From Felis catus (lineage: Eukaryota), in NCBI RefSeq assembly GCF_018350175.1, contig NC_058383.1, positions 30,878,001 to 30,942,000 on the forward strand: a stretch of 64,000 nt of DNA, read 5' to 3'. The position numbers and the translations under genes were made by a program. Position 1 is the first letter of the stretch; every line of letters starts with the position of its first letter. Below are positions 11,391 through 24,418 of the stretch, piece after piece. The notes under the pieces were generated by a model that had not been told where the DNA came from, searched no databases, and was given only the letters and a program-made list of their open reading frames with translations.

Positions 11391-14300
11391 CCGTCACCTC
11401 CGTCGTCATTTGCCTTTGTGTACATGAACTTCCCTATTACAGAATTAGGGGTAATTATAGGATGTGCAATCACAAAATTACAGCAGGTAATTACCATGCC
11501 TAATTAATTGTCAAATGCTAGGCAGGCGAGGAAACATAAACATAATGCACAGTCTGTGGGTTGGGCAGTTAAGCCTTCCCCGTGCTTCCAAAAATCTGTC
11601 AACAGAAACAGGAGAGTTCAGTGCGTGACCTTCTTGGGTGGGTTTTCGAGTATTGAAACAAAACCTGGGATGTGTTCTTGGGGCCTCTGACTCAGAATGA
11701 GCTCAGCATACCTCTCTGCTGGCTGCAGGCTGGCCTGGCAGTTATATAGCCCCTGCCACACCAGCACCAAGGATTCTGGACGAGAGAGCTATTTTAGGAG
11801 GAGGACCTCACAGGAGATACTTGATGGTTACAGCAAGGGTCAGACCCCACAGACAAACTGCTGATGGGAAGGCAGCAAGACCTCGGACACGAACGCTCAC
11901 TGACACTGACACACGGCTGGTTTTGCAAACAAAACGCCAGGCGGCCCAGCTTTCTTCGCAGCCCAAGTCAAATGCATGCCTCTCCATTTCAAACTACAGG
12001 CCACTTTTCAGTTATCCAAACTCCCCCACCAGGGCACCAAACACTTCTTTATGCATGTCGTGATACTCCATGGCATTCACGGCGAGAACGCCTCAGACTT
12101 CTACGAAATGATGTAACATTTAGTGGCCCCTGTCATGTGACAGGTATCTTCCCTACAATTTTCACCACAGCCCTCCAATTTTATATGTCCTCAAACAGAG
12201 ACTCGGAACAACCCAGAAACATGCCCAATATGACCCAGGGAGGGAGGAGCAGAACAGGTGCTTAAACTGAGGTACACCCAAGAGCGATGCCGTCTGTAAC
12301 TTTCTTGAAAGGAAAGAAAAGTTATGAACTCCCAGTTCCGATGCCCTTTCTGCACATGGCTGAACGCAAAGACAGTCCGATGACATCAGGATGACAAAGA
12401 CTCTTTTAAAAATGCCTTTGGGTTCCTAATTCATCTTGCTTCCTTAATATCCAACGAATGATTTGTGTTTTGGTTGGTGGCCTGTGTTAATGTGTCCTAA
12501 CAAAACTTCCCGTTTAATGAAATGGCTTCATGTGTTATTAACTCTAAGTGTCCTCGTTGCTAGAACAAAATGCCTGAATTACCGTATGACCACACTGATG
12601 GAGCGATATTACAGCAGCCCAATGCCAAGAATAGGATGAATAACTTCGCTGGAGAAACATGACTTTTCAGTTCACTGGGTTATGGAAATGCGGCAGGCTA
12701 GCAAAGCAGGAAATGCATTATTTACTAAGAATTGCCAGCACAACCCCGGCACATCTTTTAAAGGAGGAGAGAGAATGGATGCTTCCGGAGGAGAATGGAC
12801 GCAGCCTGGTCTCGGCTCTACCTGAACAGCGACCCCACGATCACGGGCACTGGCTGACCTGTGGACAGCTTCTTTCGCGGAGAGGATCGTGGTGCACCGG
12901 GGATGCCAACTGCGCTCGGGCCCAGGCTCTGCCATCTTGGACACTGAACAGTGGTCTCAGTACTTCCGCCAAAGACCAGCCTTCCCACTGGACTGCACCC
13001 AAGTGGCTTCTGCGCTGAGGAGAACTGGACCCAGGGTTCAGGGCATTCACTCTTCCTTTGAAACCCTGTCTCCCCAAGACCAAGGGATGCTAATGAAAAA
13101 GGTGGGGACTCTGGATCCCTTGACTCTTGAGTTCATGACCCACCCTTCACACCGCGGCTCAAAATTAAAACCTGGCACTAGATACAATCATGGGCAAGAC
13201 CACTTCCACTGACGGCCAGATGCAGAGGGGCTCTCACAGGGGACTGGTGGGCCCAGGCTCCACTCCCTGCCACACCTACTAAGTGAACGCCCTTCCGGTC
13301 CCCTCAGAGCCCACCAAGGACCCTCCGTCAGAGACAAGGGAGAAGCTGCCAGTACTGTGGATTCCTAGCCCGCTGGCCCTGGGCTCCAGGCAGAGCCCTG
13401 CCCCGGGGTGGGGGGAGAAGCCGGCCCTTTCAAGAAAGTCAGACACCAGAGGCGAGGCAGGAAGACAGACTTGAGAGACTCCTGAACACCGGCCTGGACT
13501 TGAGGAGAGCGACGTCTAGCAGCAGGAACTCAGAGATCTCCCCATGCTGTATTTCTTGGCACGATCCCTACACTGTTGGCACGGTTTTAATCAAAGTTCT
13601 GGCCTGGTCTTGGTTCTTGGCCTGGAAGGAGCATAAGGAACAGCCACAGAGGCCATATTTGGGTTGGAACAGCAGAGACGAGATAGCACGGTAAACCCTC
13701 CCCCGCCCCAAGCCGGAGGGGCAGCGATCACGGGTGGGCAGCTGGGCCCAGGGGCCTGGCCGCCTCACGATGGTCACCTTCAGCATGGCCACAAGATCGG
13801 GGGCCACAGAGAAAATCACAAGGAGCGAGTCCCTAAGGGTGCGGGAGACAGTCCCCGGGGAACTCAGAAATAGCTGGAGCCATTTTGATGGGAGCTAATT
13901 TCCGGCAATCAAGCTGCTGGGGGCTCCAATGATCACATTTAGGGAATTTTAAAAGGAAATATGACTTCATCCAGTGGTCACATGTTGCCATCTGAATATT
14001 TGAGTCATGCATATTATATCCCCTTGGCCATGTGCTAAGAGACATTCTCTTGTTGAAAGCTGGTTACTCCGCAGCACAGAAATTACAAAATGGCATTTCA
14101 GACTCACTGAGAAAGTAGAAAAGTCTTCTGGCTTTTTCTTCCCAGATACTAATACTAGCTGAGTCTTCCTGGGGTAGGGGAAAGGGGGGAGCAGAAACTG
14201 GGTATCTGTTTATTCTGAAATAATTCAGGGCCTACTTACGATGTACTGAAATGGAACATTCCAATCACATGTACCAATATGTGTCATTATCTTGCTGAAA

Positions 14301-15294
14301 ATAAGGCCAGAAGGATTCAAATCAAAACATTTACTGTGGTTATTTCATAATGTTGATGGGTTTTTATTATCTTTATGGCTTCTTCAATGTTTTCTGAGTT
14401 CCTCAGAAATTCATTCCTCTACTGAATATCAACTTTGGTAATAGAAAGCTTAAGTGACATTTTTCAAGTAAATGGGACTTCTGGTTGACCCTAAAGAGAC
14501 AGCTGACCCTCGTTCTTTTCTCCAAATAAATTGGGTAAATTTTCAAAGAGAGAGACCTTCTGAAATGCACGGCCTGGTCCCAAACCCAGAGGACTATCTC
14601 TGCCATTTAGGAGGAAAGAGGAGGAGCCTCCCGTCCCCGAGGGAGCTGGGCCACGGAGCCAGGCCAGGAAGGCTCAGTGCAGCCTGGGGAGCGGCCGCCC
14701 GCCCGGGGCCAGGAGACCAGGCTGAGCAGCCTGTGCGAAGCCACAGCCGGGGCCCCGAGGTCTGCCCTACTCACCCATACGTGCCTGAATGCAGTACAGG
14801 GCAACTGGAAGTAAAACCCTCTTGGGAGATTTGAGGCTCCAAACTCGTCTGTGGCCCCCGAACAGCTAGCTGTGATATTGCTGTGATACACAGGAAGTTG
14901 CTTTTCCCTCTGTGGGCTCACCACTAAAGCCTGTGAGAAAGCTGCCGGCATGGGAAAGAAGTTCCTAAAACAGAGTAGGTCTCTGTGCCTCGCTGAGGGG
15001 AAGGGCCGGGGTGAGAACGTGCTCTCGGACAGCATGCATGCCTGTACCGAAGTGGGCACCCAACCTGCCTCTAACTCCCGGTAATAAAAGCAGCAAAACC
15101 CCCTCGGATGCGGGCCTTCCCCACGGAGCAGGGCAGGCAGAGCACAGGCAGCTCGGGACCATCTCCTTCGGGTCACCCCGTGCTTACTGAGCACCTACTA
15201 CCTGCCAGGACCTTCGCTGGCTGCAGGCACAGAGACAGAGGTGGACCGACAGCTGGAGTGATGATGCTGAGCACAGTCTGGGGACAAGGAATGC

Positions 15295-15485
15295 CTCGAG
15301 TCAAATACTGACTTCACTTTATCTATTTAGCGATGTGACCTTACCCAATTTAGGAAGCCTCTCCGCGTGCCCTGATTTCTTAATGCAGAATGAGGACGAT
15401 TTTAGCACCCACCTTCTAGGATTGTGTCTGAGATCAATCACTCTGCTTGGCATGTAAACATTTCACAAAAGTTAGCTATTATTAG
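15295..15485 (+). mobile_element. MIR
   Basis: tcaaatactgacttcac...gatgtgacctt...agcacccaccttctaggattgt...gttagctattatt. Confidence 0.65.
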
Positions 15486-16749
15486 CAAAAGCTAGCGGCC
15501 TGCTCTCAAGAAGGTCACACGTTTGTGAGGCAGACGAACAGACAAAAACTACGGTCTAGTAGAAGAGGTGTCATGACAGAGAGAAGCACAGGAGGCCAGG
15601 AGACAAGGAGAAGTGGCAGATGATTTGGTGTGGAAGGCATCAAGGAGGGCCTCCAGGAGGTGGTGGTATCTAAGCAAAGTCTTGAAGGAAGAGGAAAAGC
15701 TGGCTGGAAGGAAGGGGGAATGGGAGGGGCTGTCCAGGCCAAAGCTACATACAGAAGGAGTTTTCTACTTTGCTGGACTACACGATGACCTTCCCACATC
15801 AAATATTCTTGAGAAAAGAAAACTAGTAAGAAACCGTTATAAAGGAACGTGGCATCTGAACAAGCAGTGAACTCAACTCTGGAGGCAGCAGAGAAATAGC
15901 TACTACCCCCACTCCCCAAAGATGGTTTCAGGGCTTCTGACGCGTTTCAGCCATGCGAGGACTATTCAACTGCACTGGCCTCTGAGATGTGGGCCGTGTG
16001 ATCAAGGGTCAGGCAGGCAAGCAACTCTTGTATAAACGAATGGGGAAGGGAGGTCATAATTCAGCAAGGAAAACACGGTCCCTTTCTAACGTGATTAAGA
16101 ATGACCCTGTTTCTCTTACTGCTGCTAATTATCCTTTAAGGAACGGAGAACTTCCCTCACACATACCCATGCCGGGCTCTGCTGGGTCTCATCGTGATTC
16201 TGCTCTGGGCACCTCAATCTCCACCAGGACTAGGAGCCAGGAGCCTCTCTCCTGCAGAGAAACCCCCAGGAGCTGGTCTAACAGTGTCCCTGGCCCTTGT
16301 CTTCTGAGTCATGGACTCTAGATCGCCAGGAAGAGAAACCAATTCATGATGCCTTCGAGGAAATGCAGACGTACCGGAAGGACACGAGGGCATCTCCGGG
16401 AGCCAAGGGCTGGAGATGCCGCTGGGCCCTCTGAGGGGCTGGACCGGGAGCCACAACACTGGGCAAAACAGGGGCAGGGAGCTGCACATCCCACACTCTG
16501 CTGCTCTCTGTGCACCCACTCAGTTCTCTCTCCACACAGCTTGCTTTCACTACTTCTGAGCTCATGGTCCAAACGTGACACCTCTCAAACCCAGCACCAC
16601 ACACATTCAGACCAACCCAGTCAAGGCTGCCCAATCTCGGAGGTCCAGGAGAGAACGTCCACAGTGAACAGGGCTGTTTCTCTCTGCCTGACATCAGCTA
16701 CTCTGCTCTCCTCCAGGGACCCGCTCTCCACCCAATCTCAGTCTCTGGG

Positions 16750-17150
16750 CTTCCTATGAATCCCAGGCCAACTCTGACCCTACAGGTAGGCATGATATCA
16801 AGGCTTGGCCAGTTAAAGTCCTGCGTGCACTACGGTACAGGCATTTTGCCTAAGCAAGGCCAATCTGCAGCCTGGGTGACTGGGGAAGAAATGACAGTCT
16901 TTCATTATTCTTGCCCTGTGAGGTTATAAGCTCAGTACTGCTGATGACCACAAGAAGGGGAATCTACCACAGAATAAAGCCAATGCAGAGGAAAGCAGAA
17001 CTGTGGGCTAGGGAACAGAGGGGGACAGCACCTGGATCAAGCCACACCTGAACGCTTCTGCTACAGAAACCCCTAAACTAACTATTCTCTTTAAGCCAGT
17101 TTAAGATAAAGTTTTTGCCACCTACACTCAAAGGAACCCAGGCCAAAAGA
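16750..17150 (+). mobile_element. Old MaLR LTR (MLT1I/J-like)
   Basis: aaagccaatgcagaggaaagcagaact...cacctggatcaagccacacctgaa...ttaagccagtttaagataaagttttt. Confidence 0.6.
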
Positions 17151-17576
17151 GAATGTGATGAGGCCAGTGTCCAGATCGGTTTTCCCCTAGCTGGGTGTCC
17201 ACCATGAGCCAATGAGTGTGGGGAGTGTCTCCTCTGTGCCTCTGCTCAGTGTGTCTGCGGAAGGGAGGGGCAATTCTCCGAGAAGCAGATAGTAAAGCAT
17301 TCTAAAGGACACCTACTCCTTTTTCCTCAAAGTATTCCCCTTTCTACGTTCAATGGGTCCTTTAACTCATTTGCGTAACAATGCAAAGCTTTTTCAAGTA
17401 CCCCTCCCTCCCAGGGAGCCTGGCTACCAAGGCTGGGACTACCTTATAGCCAACAGCAGGAGTACAAATACTTCCCTCCTCACTCAGTACACAGGAAGAG
17501 CGGGGACTCTCTAACAACCACCACAGTCTGTGGATAATGACTCTCTAACTAGATTCTCTAATTAGAACTGATCCTT

Positions 17577-17823
17577 GGGGCGCCCGCGTGGGTCAGTTGG
17601 TTGAGCGCTGATTTAGCTGATTTAGCTGATTTAGTTCTTGATTTAGGCTCAGGTCACGTTCTCGGGGTTCCTGGGTTCGAGCGCCGAGTCGGGTTCTATG
17701 CTCACAGTGCACAACCTGCTGGGGATTCTGTGTCTCCCTCGCTTTCTGCCCCTCCCCCACTCATGCACGCTCGCACTCTCTCAAATGAATAAACCAAACA
17801 AATACAAAAAAAAAAAAAAAAAA
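17577..17823 (+). mobile_element. CanSINE with an internal triplicated 9-mer
   Basis: ggggcgcccgcgtgggtcagttggttgagcg head and A-tail; degenerate TSD agaactgatcctt / agaacggagcctt. Confidence 0.9.
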
Positions 17824-18457
17824 GAACGGAGCCTTCATCAAACAGCTACAGATTCTCAGGCAGGTGCTGAAGCAAGAGTACGTTTCAGCCTTTCAGCCTC
17901 CTGGTCTTGGCACCCGGAGGACCATTCCCCATGAAATGCAGTTCAATTATGCCTCAAGGACGACTGAGGAAAAGGCCACAAGATGTCAACTTAGCTCCAC
18001 GCAGGCTCCCGGAAGGAGCATGGCGGGCACACCCCCTGCACCCGGGGGGAGAGCCCAAGGTGAGGCCGCCACGGCTCTGCCCGGAGCGTCCCACAGGAAC
18101 ACAGATGCACGCTCCTTTTTACACAGCTGCAAGCCTGTGCTTATGGGCTTTAATCTTCTTCTCTGAAAAGCATCCAATTTAAGAATTTTTGCAGTAATCA
18201 TTTCAGAGTAATGAAAAACAAACAGAACAATAGAACATTTCCGACGTGACGCGAGAACTCGGTGCACCTCTCTCTGATGCACGCTCAAGGAGACGTAGTA
18301 GTCACTAGCAAGAACCTCTTTTGTCTCCACACACGACCAAATTGTGCCGGCCTGGAGACCACACACGTCGTAACACGGTTAATTCGCTCCACGTACTCAT
18401 GTCTCCCTCATCACGACACCCAGAAGGGAGCGTTTGCTCCTTTAAAAAGAAGATGCA

Positions 18458-19160
18458 GGGGCGCCTGGGTGGCTCAGTCGGTTAAGCTTCCGACTTCGGC
18501 TCAGGTCAAGATCTCGCGGTCCGTGAGTTCGAGCCCCGCGTCGGGCTCTGGGCTGATGGCTCAGAGCCTGGAGCCTGCTTCCGATTCTGTGTCTCCCTCT
18601 CTCTCTGCCCCTCGCCCGTTCATGCTCTGTGTCTCTCTGTCCCAAAAATAAATAAACGTTGAAAAAAAAAATTTTAAAAACAAAACAAAACAAAAAAACG
18701 GGGAATCTGGGTGGCTCAGTCGATTGGCATCCGACTTCAGCTCAGGTCATGATCTCGCGGTCTGTGAGTTCGAGCCTCGCATGGGGCTCTGGGCTGATGG
18801 CTCGGAGCCTGGAGCCTGCTTCCGATTCTGTGTGTCCCTCTCTCTCTGCCCCTCCCCCATTCATGCTCTGTCTCTCTCTGTCTCAAAAATAAATAAACAT
18901 TAAAAAAAATTAAAAAAAAAAAAACGTGTTACAGGGGCGCCTGGGTGGCTCAGTCGGTTAAGCTTCCGACTTCGGCTCAGGTCAAGATCTCGCGGTCCGT
19001 GAGTTCTAGCCCCGCGTCGGGCTCTGTGCTGACAGCTCAGAGCCTGGAGCCTGTTTCCGATTCTGTGTCTCCCTCTCTCTGACCCTCCCCCGTTCATGCT
19101 GTCTCTCTCTGTCTCAAAAATAAATAAACGTTAAAAAAAAATTAAAAATAAATAAATAAA
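18458..19160 (+). mobile_element. Three head-to-tail feline CanSINEs (starting ~18458, ~18700 and 18934)
   Basis: Three SINE heads, (CT)n tracts and A-tails; the whole array is flanked by aaaaagaagatgc. Confidence 0.95.
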
Positions 19161-20575
19161 AAGAAGATGCTGATGTCTAAGATGGGGCCGGGATGAACGT
19201 TTCTTCACATTTATTCACGTCTCGGGCTTGCAACACTCGGTGAGCCCTTCCTGACGGCCCAGAGTGGGGAGGGCCCTCTCCAGGGAACACAAGTTACAGC
19301 CCAGGGCTCATCCGGCTGGGGAACTCAGGCCAAGCAGCTTCCTAACCTTTCTGAACCTTGGTTTTTGCATGTGTACACTGGGGACACGCTAGCATCGACC
19401 TCACAGGATGGTGTCCCAGCCCCGTGTCACAGTGCGGGACACATCTATCGTGTTATTAGTAATCCAATGAGGGACTGAATTCTTGTTGGATGTGAGGAAG
19501 ACACGTGCAGGACTGGACTCTCCGTGAAGGCACTGGAGCTGGGGAGGGAAGAAAAGGGGAGGCGGGCCTTGTCTGAGATCTACACTTACTGCCCAGAGAA
19601 GGTGGCATGGGGGCCAAGGATTTGTCACAGTGAACTCCAGCAACTTGAGTCGAACACTCCTTTGACCCGGAGATACACAAAGCATCGTCTGGCGGCCTTC
19701 ATCGCCTGGATGGTGAAGGCCCACCGCCTGCCAGGAGCTCATGTGCAGGGGGAGCCCCTGAGCAGCTGTCGTATCCTGCCATGTGTCCCTGCAGGCCACC
19801 ATGTGGAATCTTTCCACGCTTCCTGGGGACAGACTCCCCGAGAACACTCACAAGGCCTATGGATTCTCTTCTGAGAAGACATTTACACGCACACCCCCAC
19901 TAGGTGCACACACTTCTACAAATCATCTCAGAGCATTTCAGAAGAGTCCTGGGGCCCGGCTGGCCACCACCACGAAGTCACAAAAACTAGGCCATGTCTG
20001 ACAACTAGAGGTCCTGCTCAAACTCGCACAGCTGGAATGCGACAGAGCAGAGATCCTACCTCTCTCTGTCCGGCCTTCAGAACCCGAGCTCTTGAGCCGC
20101 CGTGCTACGCTGACTTTCCTTTGGCCTCCACTATGTTGACTGTGAAAGGGGCAGAGAGGTGATGTCACCACAGGATCCTGGGTGAGAAGGACGAGAGATG
20201 GCGACCAACACTAACGATGTGAGCGCTGTGTATCCACAACCATGTGAGGTGCTGGAGAAGCAGCCGGAGAGGAATACACGGGAGAACCGAGCCTACAACT
20301 GGCACTTGCTGAGCATGGACCCTGGAGCGGGCTCTCGTGCGAGTAAGCACCTCACCGTGTGCCCTGCTTAATCCTCACGAAAACTCCAAAGGCAGCACTG
20401 CTGTTAGCCCTCTTTCACACACAAACGGAGGCCCAGAGAGCCAGATCCGAGGGCAAAAGCCCAGATGGCTAGTAACTACACTCAACCCACAGACCTTCAA
20501 ACGTCCCTCCCCACTCCCACTCTCTGCCTGGACCAGACACTTTGTGTAGATATGACTGATTTAAGAGACGAAGAC

Positions 20576-20762
20576 AGAACAGCTATGGCAAGAACACGGG
20601 GGGTGGGGGTGGGGTAGGAGGGGAATCAGGCCCCCCCACCCTGCCCCTCTTTACCCAGGGGGGGTCTGAGGCATTAGAGCAGCTATGGCAAGAGCATGGG
20701 GAGAGTTAGGCCCCCCCACCCCGCCCCTCTTTACCCAGGGTTGGGGGGGGGGGTCTGAGGCA
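20576..20762 (+). repeat. Two-unit tandem duplication (~90-100 bp units), rich in G and C runs
   Basis: cagctatggcaaga...aggcccccccaccc..gcccctctttacccaggg...ggggtctgaggca occurs twice. Confidence 0.9.
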
Positions 20763-21960
20763 CGTCTATGCAGCACTAGGCCACCACAAACTCAGTGGAA
20801 GCCCCCTGGTTCTAAGATCAAGTCCACACCGCTGGACAAAGCACGTGAGGTCCCTCCCCCATCTCCCTGCTGCCTGTCTCGGCAGCCCCATCCCCATTCA
20901 TACTCCAAACTGCAGCCTGGGCCACCGCCACGCTGAGCTGTCACCAGAGACCCCTGAATTGTCCCTCCCCCACATGGGTGCTCCACTCCCAGTGGCCTTT
21001 TCTATGCCAGGACCTCTGCCTGCAGTGCCTTTCCCGCTATGGTCTGCCTGGCAAAGCCCACACATCTCCCACGACGCAGGTCACACAACCCTGCTCCCTT
21101 CTCCTCAGGTGGCTGTCCCACTGGACTCTATAAAAGGTTTTATCATCTCCTTGCCCCCAATTCATCTACCACGGTATTCTGTTTCTTCCTAGCATGTGGC
21201 ATCATTAATAATCGTTATGCATATTTATTTACTGACTGCTGTCTCCTCTCAACTAGCATAAAAATTCCCAAGTCTTACTCACTCCACCCCAGGACCTAGC
21301 ACCCACACCCAGTTCCCAGTGCCTGGAAAATAGCTGCCCAATAAACACGGTTCAGGGACTGAAGGGACAAATGAATGTCACCCGAACATTTACCTGTATT
21401 TGTACCTGTACAAGTCTTTGTAGCTTTACCACGGATACATTTTTTTGAGGTCAAGAATCCATGATTTAGATGCTCCTAGGAATTCTCAGGGCCTCAAGGT
21501 ACTCAAAGGCCTCAAGGGCACAGGAGTGCGGGGACAGATGGATGTTTGGATACAGGGATGAACACAAGGAAAAGGAGACAAGAACGAAGAAGGCAGGCAG
21601 GCACAGTGCTCATCCTCTGCATCCAGCCACCCACCTACAAATAAAAATGCCCATCCTCATTGGTGACTCTCTGACAGCGAGCCAGGGATGGAAGTCTTTG
21701 ATAGGAAGGACCAAAGTCTACGTATGCAGACTGTGTGATGCCCCATCCAGTCCGTGGTACAAATACAGACTTTGTAAAGAAGATACACGACGCTAATAGC
21801 AGTGAAAAGTGCCAAGTCCAAAGGGACAGCATGTAAGACTGAGAGAGAAATAGGTGTCTGGATCCAAAATCTAGGGAGGAAAGAGAAGGAAGACTGGCTG
21901 ATGGGGGAAAGAGGACTTTCAGCTGCCATGGTATGGAGAGCGGGAGCGGCAGCAGGCAGC

Positions 21961-21980
21961 CACTGCCACCTAGAGGTCAG
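21961..21980 (-). promoter_or_regulatory. Candidate CTCF site
   Basis: Minus strand CTGACCTCTAGGTGGCAGTG fits the CTCF core CC(A/T)CYAGRKGGCR. Motif only; binding not shown. Confidence 0.5.
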
Positions 21981-22609
21981 TTATAGACACAGCGGATGCA
22001 GACCAAACTTCCATTGTTTGCCTGGCCTGTGGCTGACCAAGAAATGACAAGGTTCTCAATTAAAATGCCTTTGACAGGGGCAGACCCGGGACCAAGAAGG
22101 CCCAGCCCACAAGGTCAAGAGCTGTAGGAGTTTTAGAAAATGCCAGAAATATACTAAGGTCTGATTGGTCACCCATGTAAAATATAAGACTTAGGGCTCT
22201 GGTATAGAAGGTGGGTGGGTGGGGGTCTCAGAGATGGCTAGCAGGCGCACATCTTCTAGGAGGGAAAAGGAATCCTCGCCAGCATGGATCAAGTCAGTTC
22301 TCTCCCATCCTGCCCCTGCTCCATGCCACACCCAAAAGAGTGGCGTCGCTCTCCATGGTGCTCAAGAGGGAGTCTGAATTCCTGCACATGCCTTCAAGGG
22401 TGCAGCAGGATATTCCCTTGCTCACCTCTCTTCCAGGGTTCTTCTTCGTTTTCCTTGGTAAACCCAGCAATGAGCCACAGTGCCCAGCAGCACCTGGTAC
22501 ACTCATGAAGAGCTGTCAAATTAATTAAACTCCAGATCCCTAAACGTTCTGCGCCTAACATCTCTAGGGTGCTGGGCATACAATTGTCTCAACCTCTTTT
22601 GAAGAAATC

Positions 22610-23085
22610 TTTGTAGCTGTTAGGAATTGCATTTGGTTCCAAAATAGCAGAGGCCTATCATTTGCGGTTTATTTTCTCAAGTTCATAGGGAGGCAGGCCA
22701 GGATTGGTATGGCCGGTCCACCAAGTCCCTGAGATTGAGCGCCTTCTATCCTGCTCTGCCCCCTGTAATGGTCTTCTCACGGGCCGAGACGGCTGCTGGA
22801 GCTCCAACTATCGTGTCTGAGTTTCAAGCAGCAGGAAAGAAAAAGAAGAGAAGGGCGAGATGCGTACCACCCACATAAGGCTCCTCTCTTTGAGCCAATC
22901 TCCTGAGCAAGACCCACCACGAGTGTCTGTATCTGGTTGGCCAGGTTTCAGTCACCTGGTCAGCTGCAGCTGCAAGGGAGGCAGGGAAACTTAGGATCTT
23001 CCACTTGGGCACATTGCCCAGGGTTCTGTGACCAAGAGTAAGTGAGAAATGGGTGTTCCGGACAAGCCAAGAGCAGTCTCTGCCA
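22610..23085 (-). mobile_element. Old MaLR LTR (MLT1J/K-like)
   Basis: gttaggaattgcatttgg...ggctgctggagctccaact...gtcacctggtcagctgcagctgcaagggaggcagggaaa. Confidence 0.65.
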
Positions 23086-23294
23086 CGTTCCTATAACCCG
23101 CTACCACATCTTAAGGGAATCCTGGAAGATGAAAAGGATTCTAAGGCAGCATCCCTGCCCTGCCCAGGCCACATTCTGAGAAAAATGCGGTGGAGAAGAT
23201 GAATGACAAGATCAGGTGGGAAGAAAACGGACCACGAGTCCCGCTGCAGTCTAGGAAGGGGAAGTTCTATGCACACAGGAAGGCAGTTGACAAT

Positions 23295-23520
23295 TACTGG
23301 GCACTTAGTGTATACTGGAGGGCTATGCTGGGCACTTTAACTCTCCAGTGTTCATAACAAGCAGGCAAAGTAGGTAAGTATTCCCCACATTTTGCAGGAG
23401 ATGAAACAAACTTAGAGGGGTCATGTGATGTGCCCGGGGCCACAGGGTCAGGAAGGGTCTAGAATAAAGTTGGCAGGTCTGCCCAGTCTAGAGTCGCCCG
23501 CCTACTCTAACCATTAGTGC
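23295..23520 (-). mobile_element. MIR
   Basis: ttactgggcactta...gtaggtaagtattccccacattttgcaggagatgaaac...tgcccggggccacag. Confidence 0.7.
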
Positions 23521-24418
23521 AGCTGCCTGGGGCAGGCAGCGGCGTGTGGAGGAGGATCAGCTAGCTCCCTGAACAAGGTCCTGAATGATTAGCGATGTCT
23601 GCCACGGACACAGTGGTGGGGTGGGGAGTGCCGTGTGTGGAGCACCCCGATCTGGGAGACTACTGGTGGTGGCTTTGCCTGCGGAAACACCGCATTTGAA
23701 CGCTGCTGTCTGTCTGCAGAGGGCGGGAGGGGAGGCACAGGCTGCCATGCCGCGAGGCAGCGCCAGCTCTTGCTGCTAGGAATCCTTTCAGCATCTAGGG
23801 CCCCTGTGCCTTCAGAAAGTGGGTGCTTAGCAACTTGCCAAAATGAAGGCCACCTGCAAGGCCTAAATTATGCCTCTTATTAGCAAATAGCCTCAAAAGT
23901 AACAAAAGCAGCGACAGCTACAGTCAGAACAAGATGTTATTTTATTTCGCAACCCAAGCTTACGAGGACAGAGCCGTGATCTTAGACCAGAGCAGAGGTG
24001 ACAGTTCCCGTCCTGGAGTGCCAGGCCTGCCAACACACTCGCCGCCCAGCCCCTCCCCCACGGGCCCATGTGATGGACACACAGAGGGGCCCAGGAGTCA
24101 CACACGAAAGCCGCCCGCCTCTCTACCCCAGTGCCTACGGCTGGTGCCCCTCCTGGGACATCGTTTGAGCTCTCTTCCTCCACCAAGTGGCCTGTGACCC
24201 CCTCCCCCACTCCCACTCCCCCACGCCGGGTCAGGTGAGTCTGCTCTGAGCTCTGGCACTTTCATTCCGACCACCCAGGGGACGACCGTCTTTGCTCTCT
24301 GCCTGTCTAAATTTAGCGCAGTCGCTGACACTCAGCACCCACCACTGGATAGATGTCCTCTCCTGAAATACTTGCAGCCGAGCATTACACTAAGTATTTC
24401 CTGGGTGTGTGTGTGAGA

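Noticed and set aside
18458..18545. tRNA-like A and B boxes
   Set aside because: These are tRNA-derived SINE heads followed by (CT)n and poly-A, not tRNA genes.
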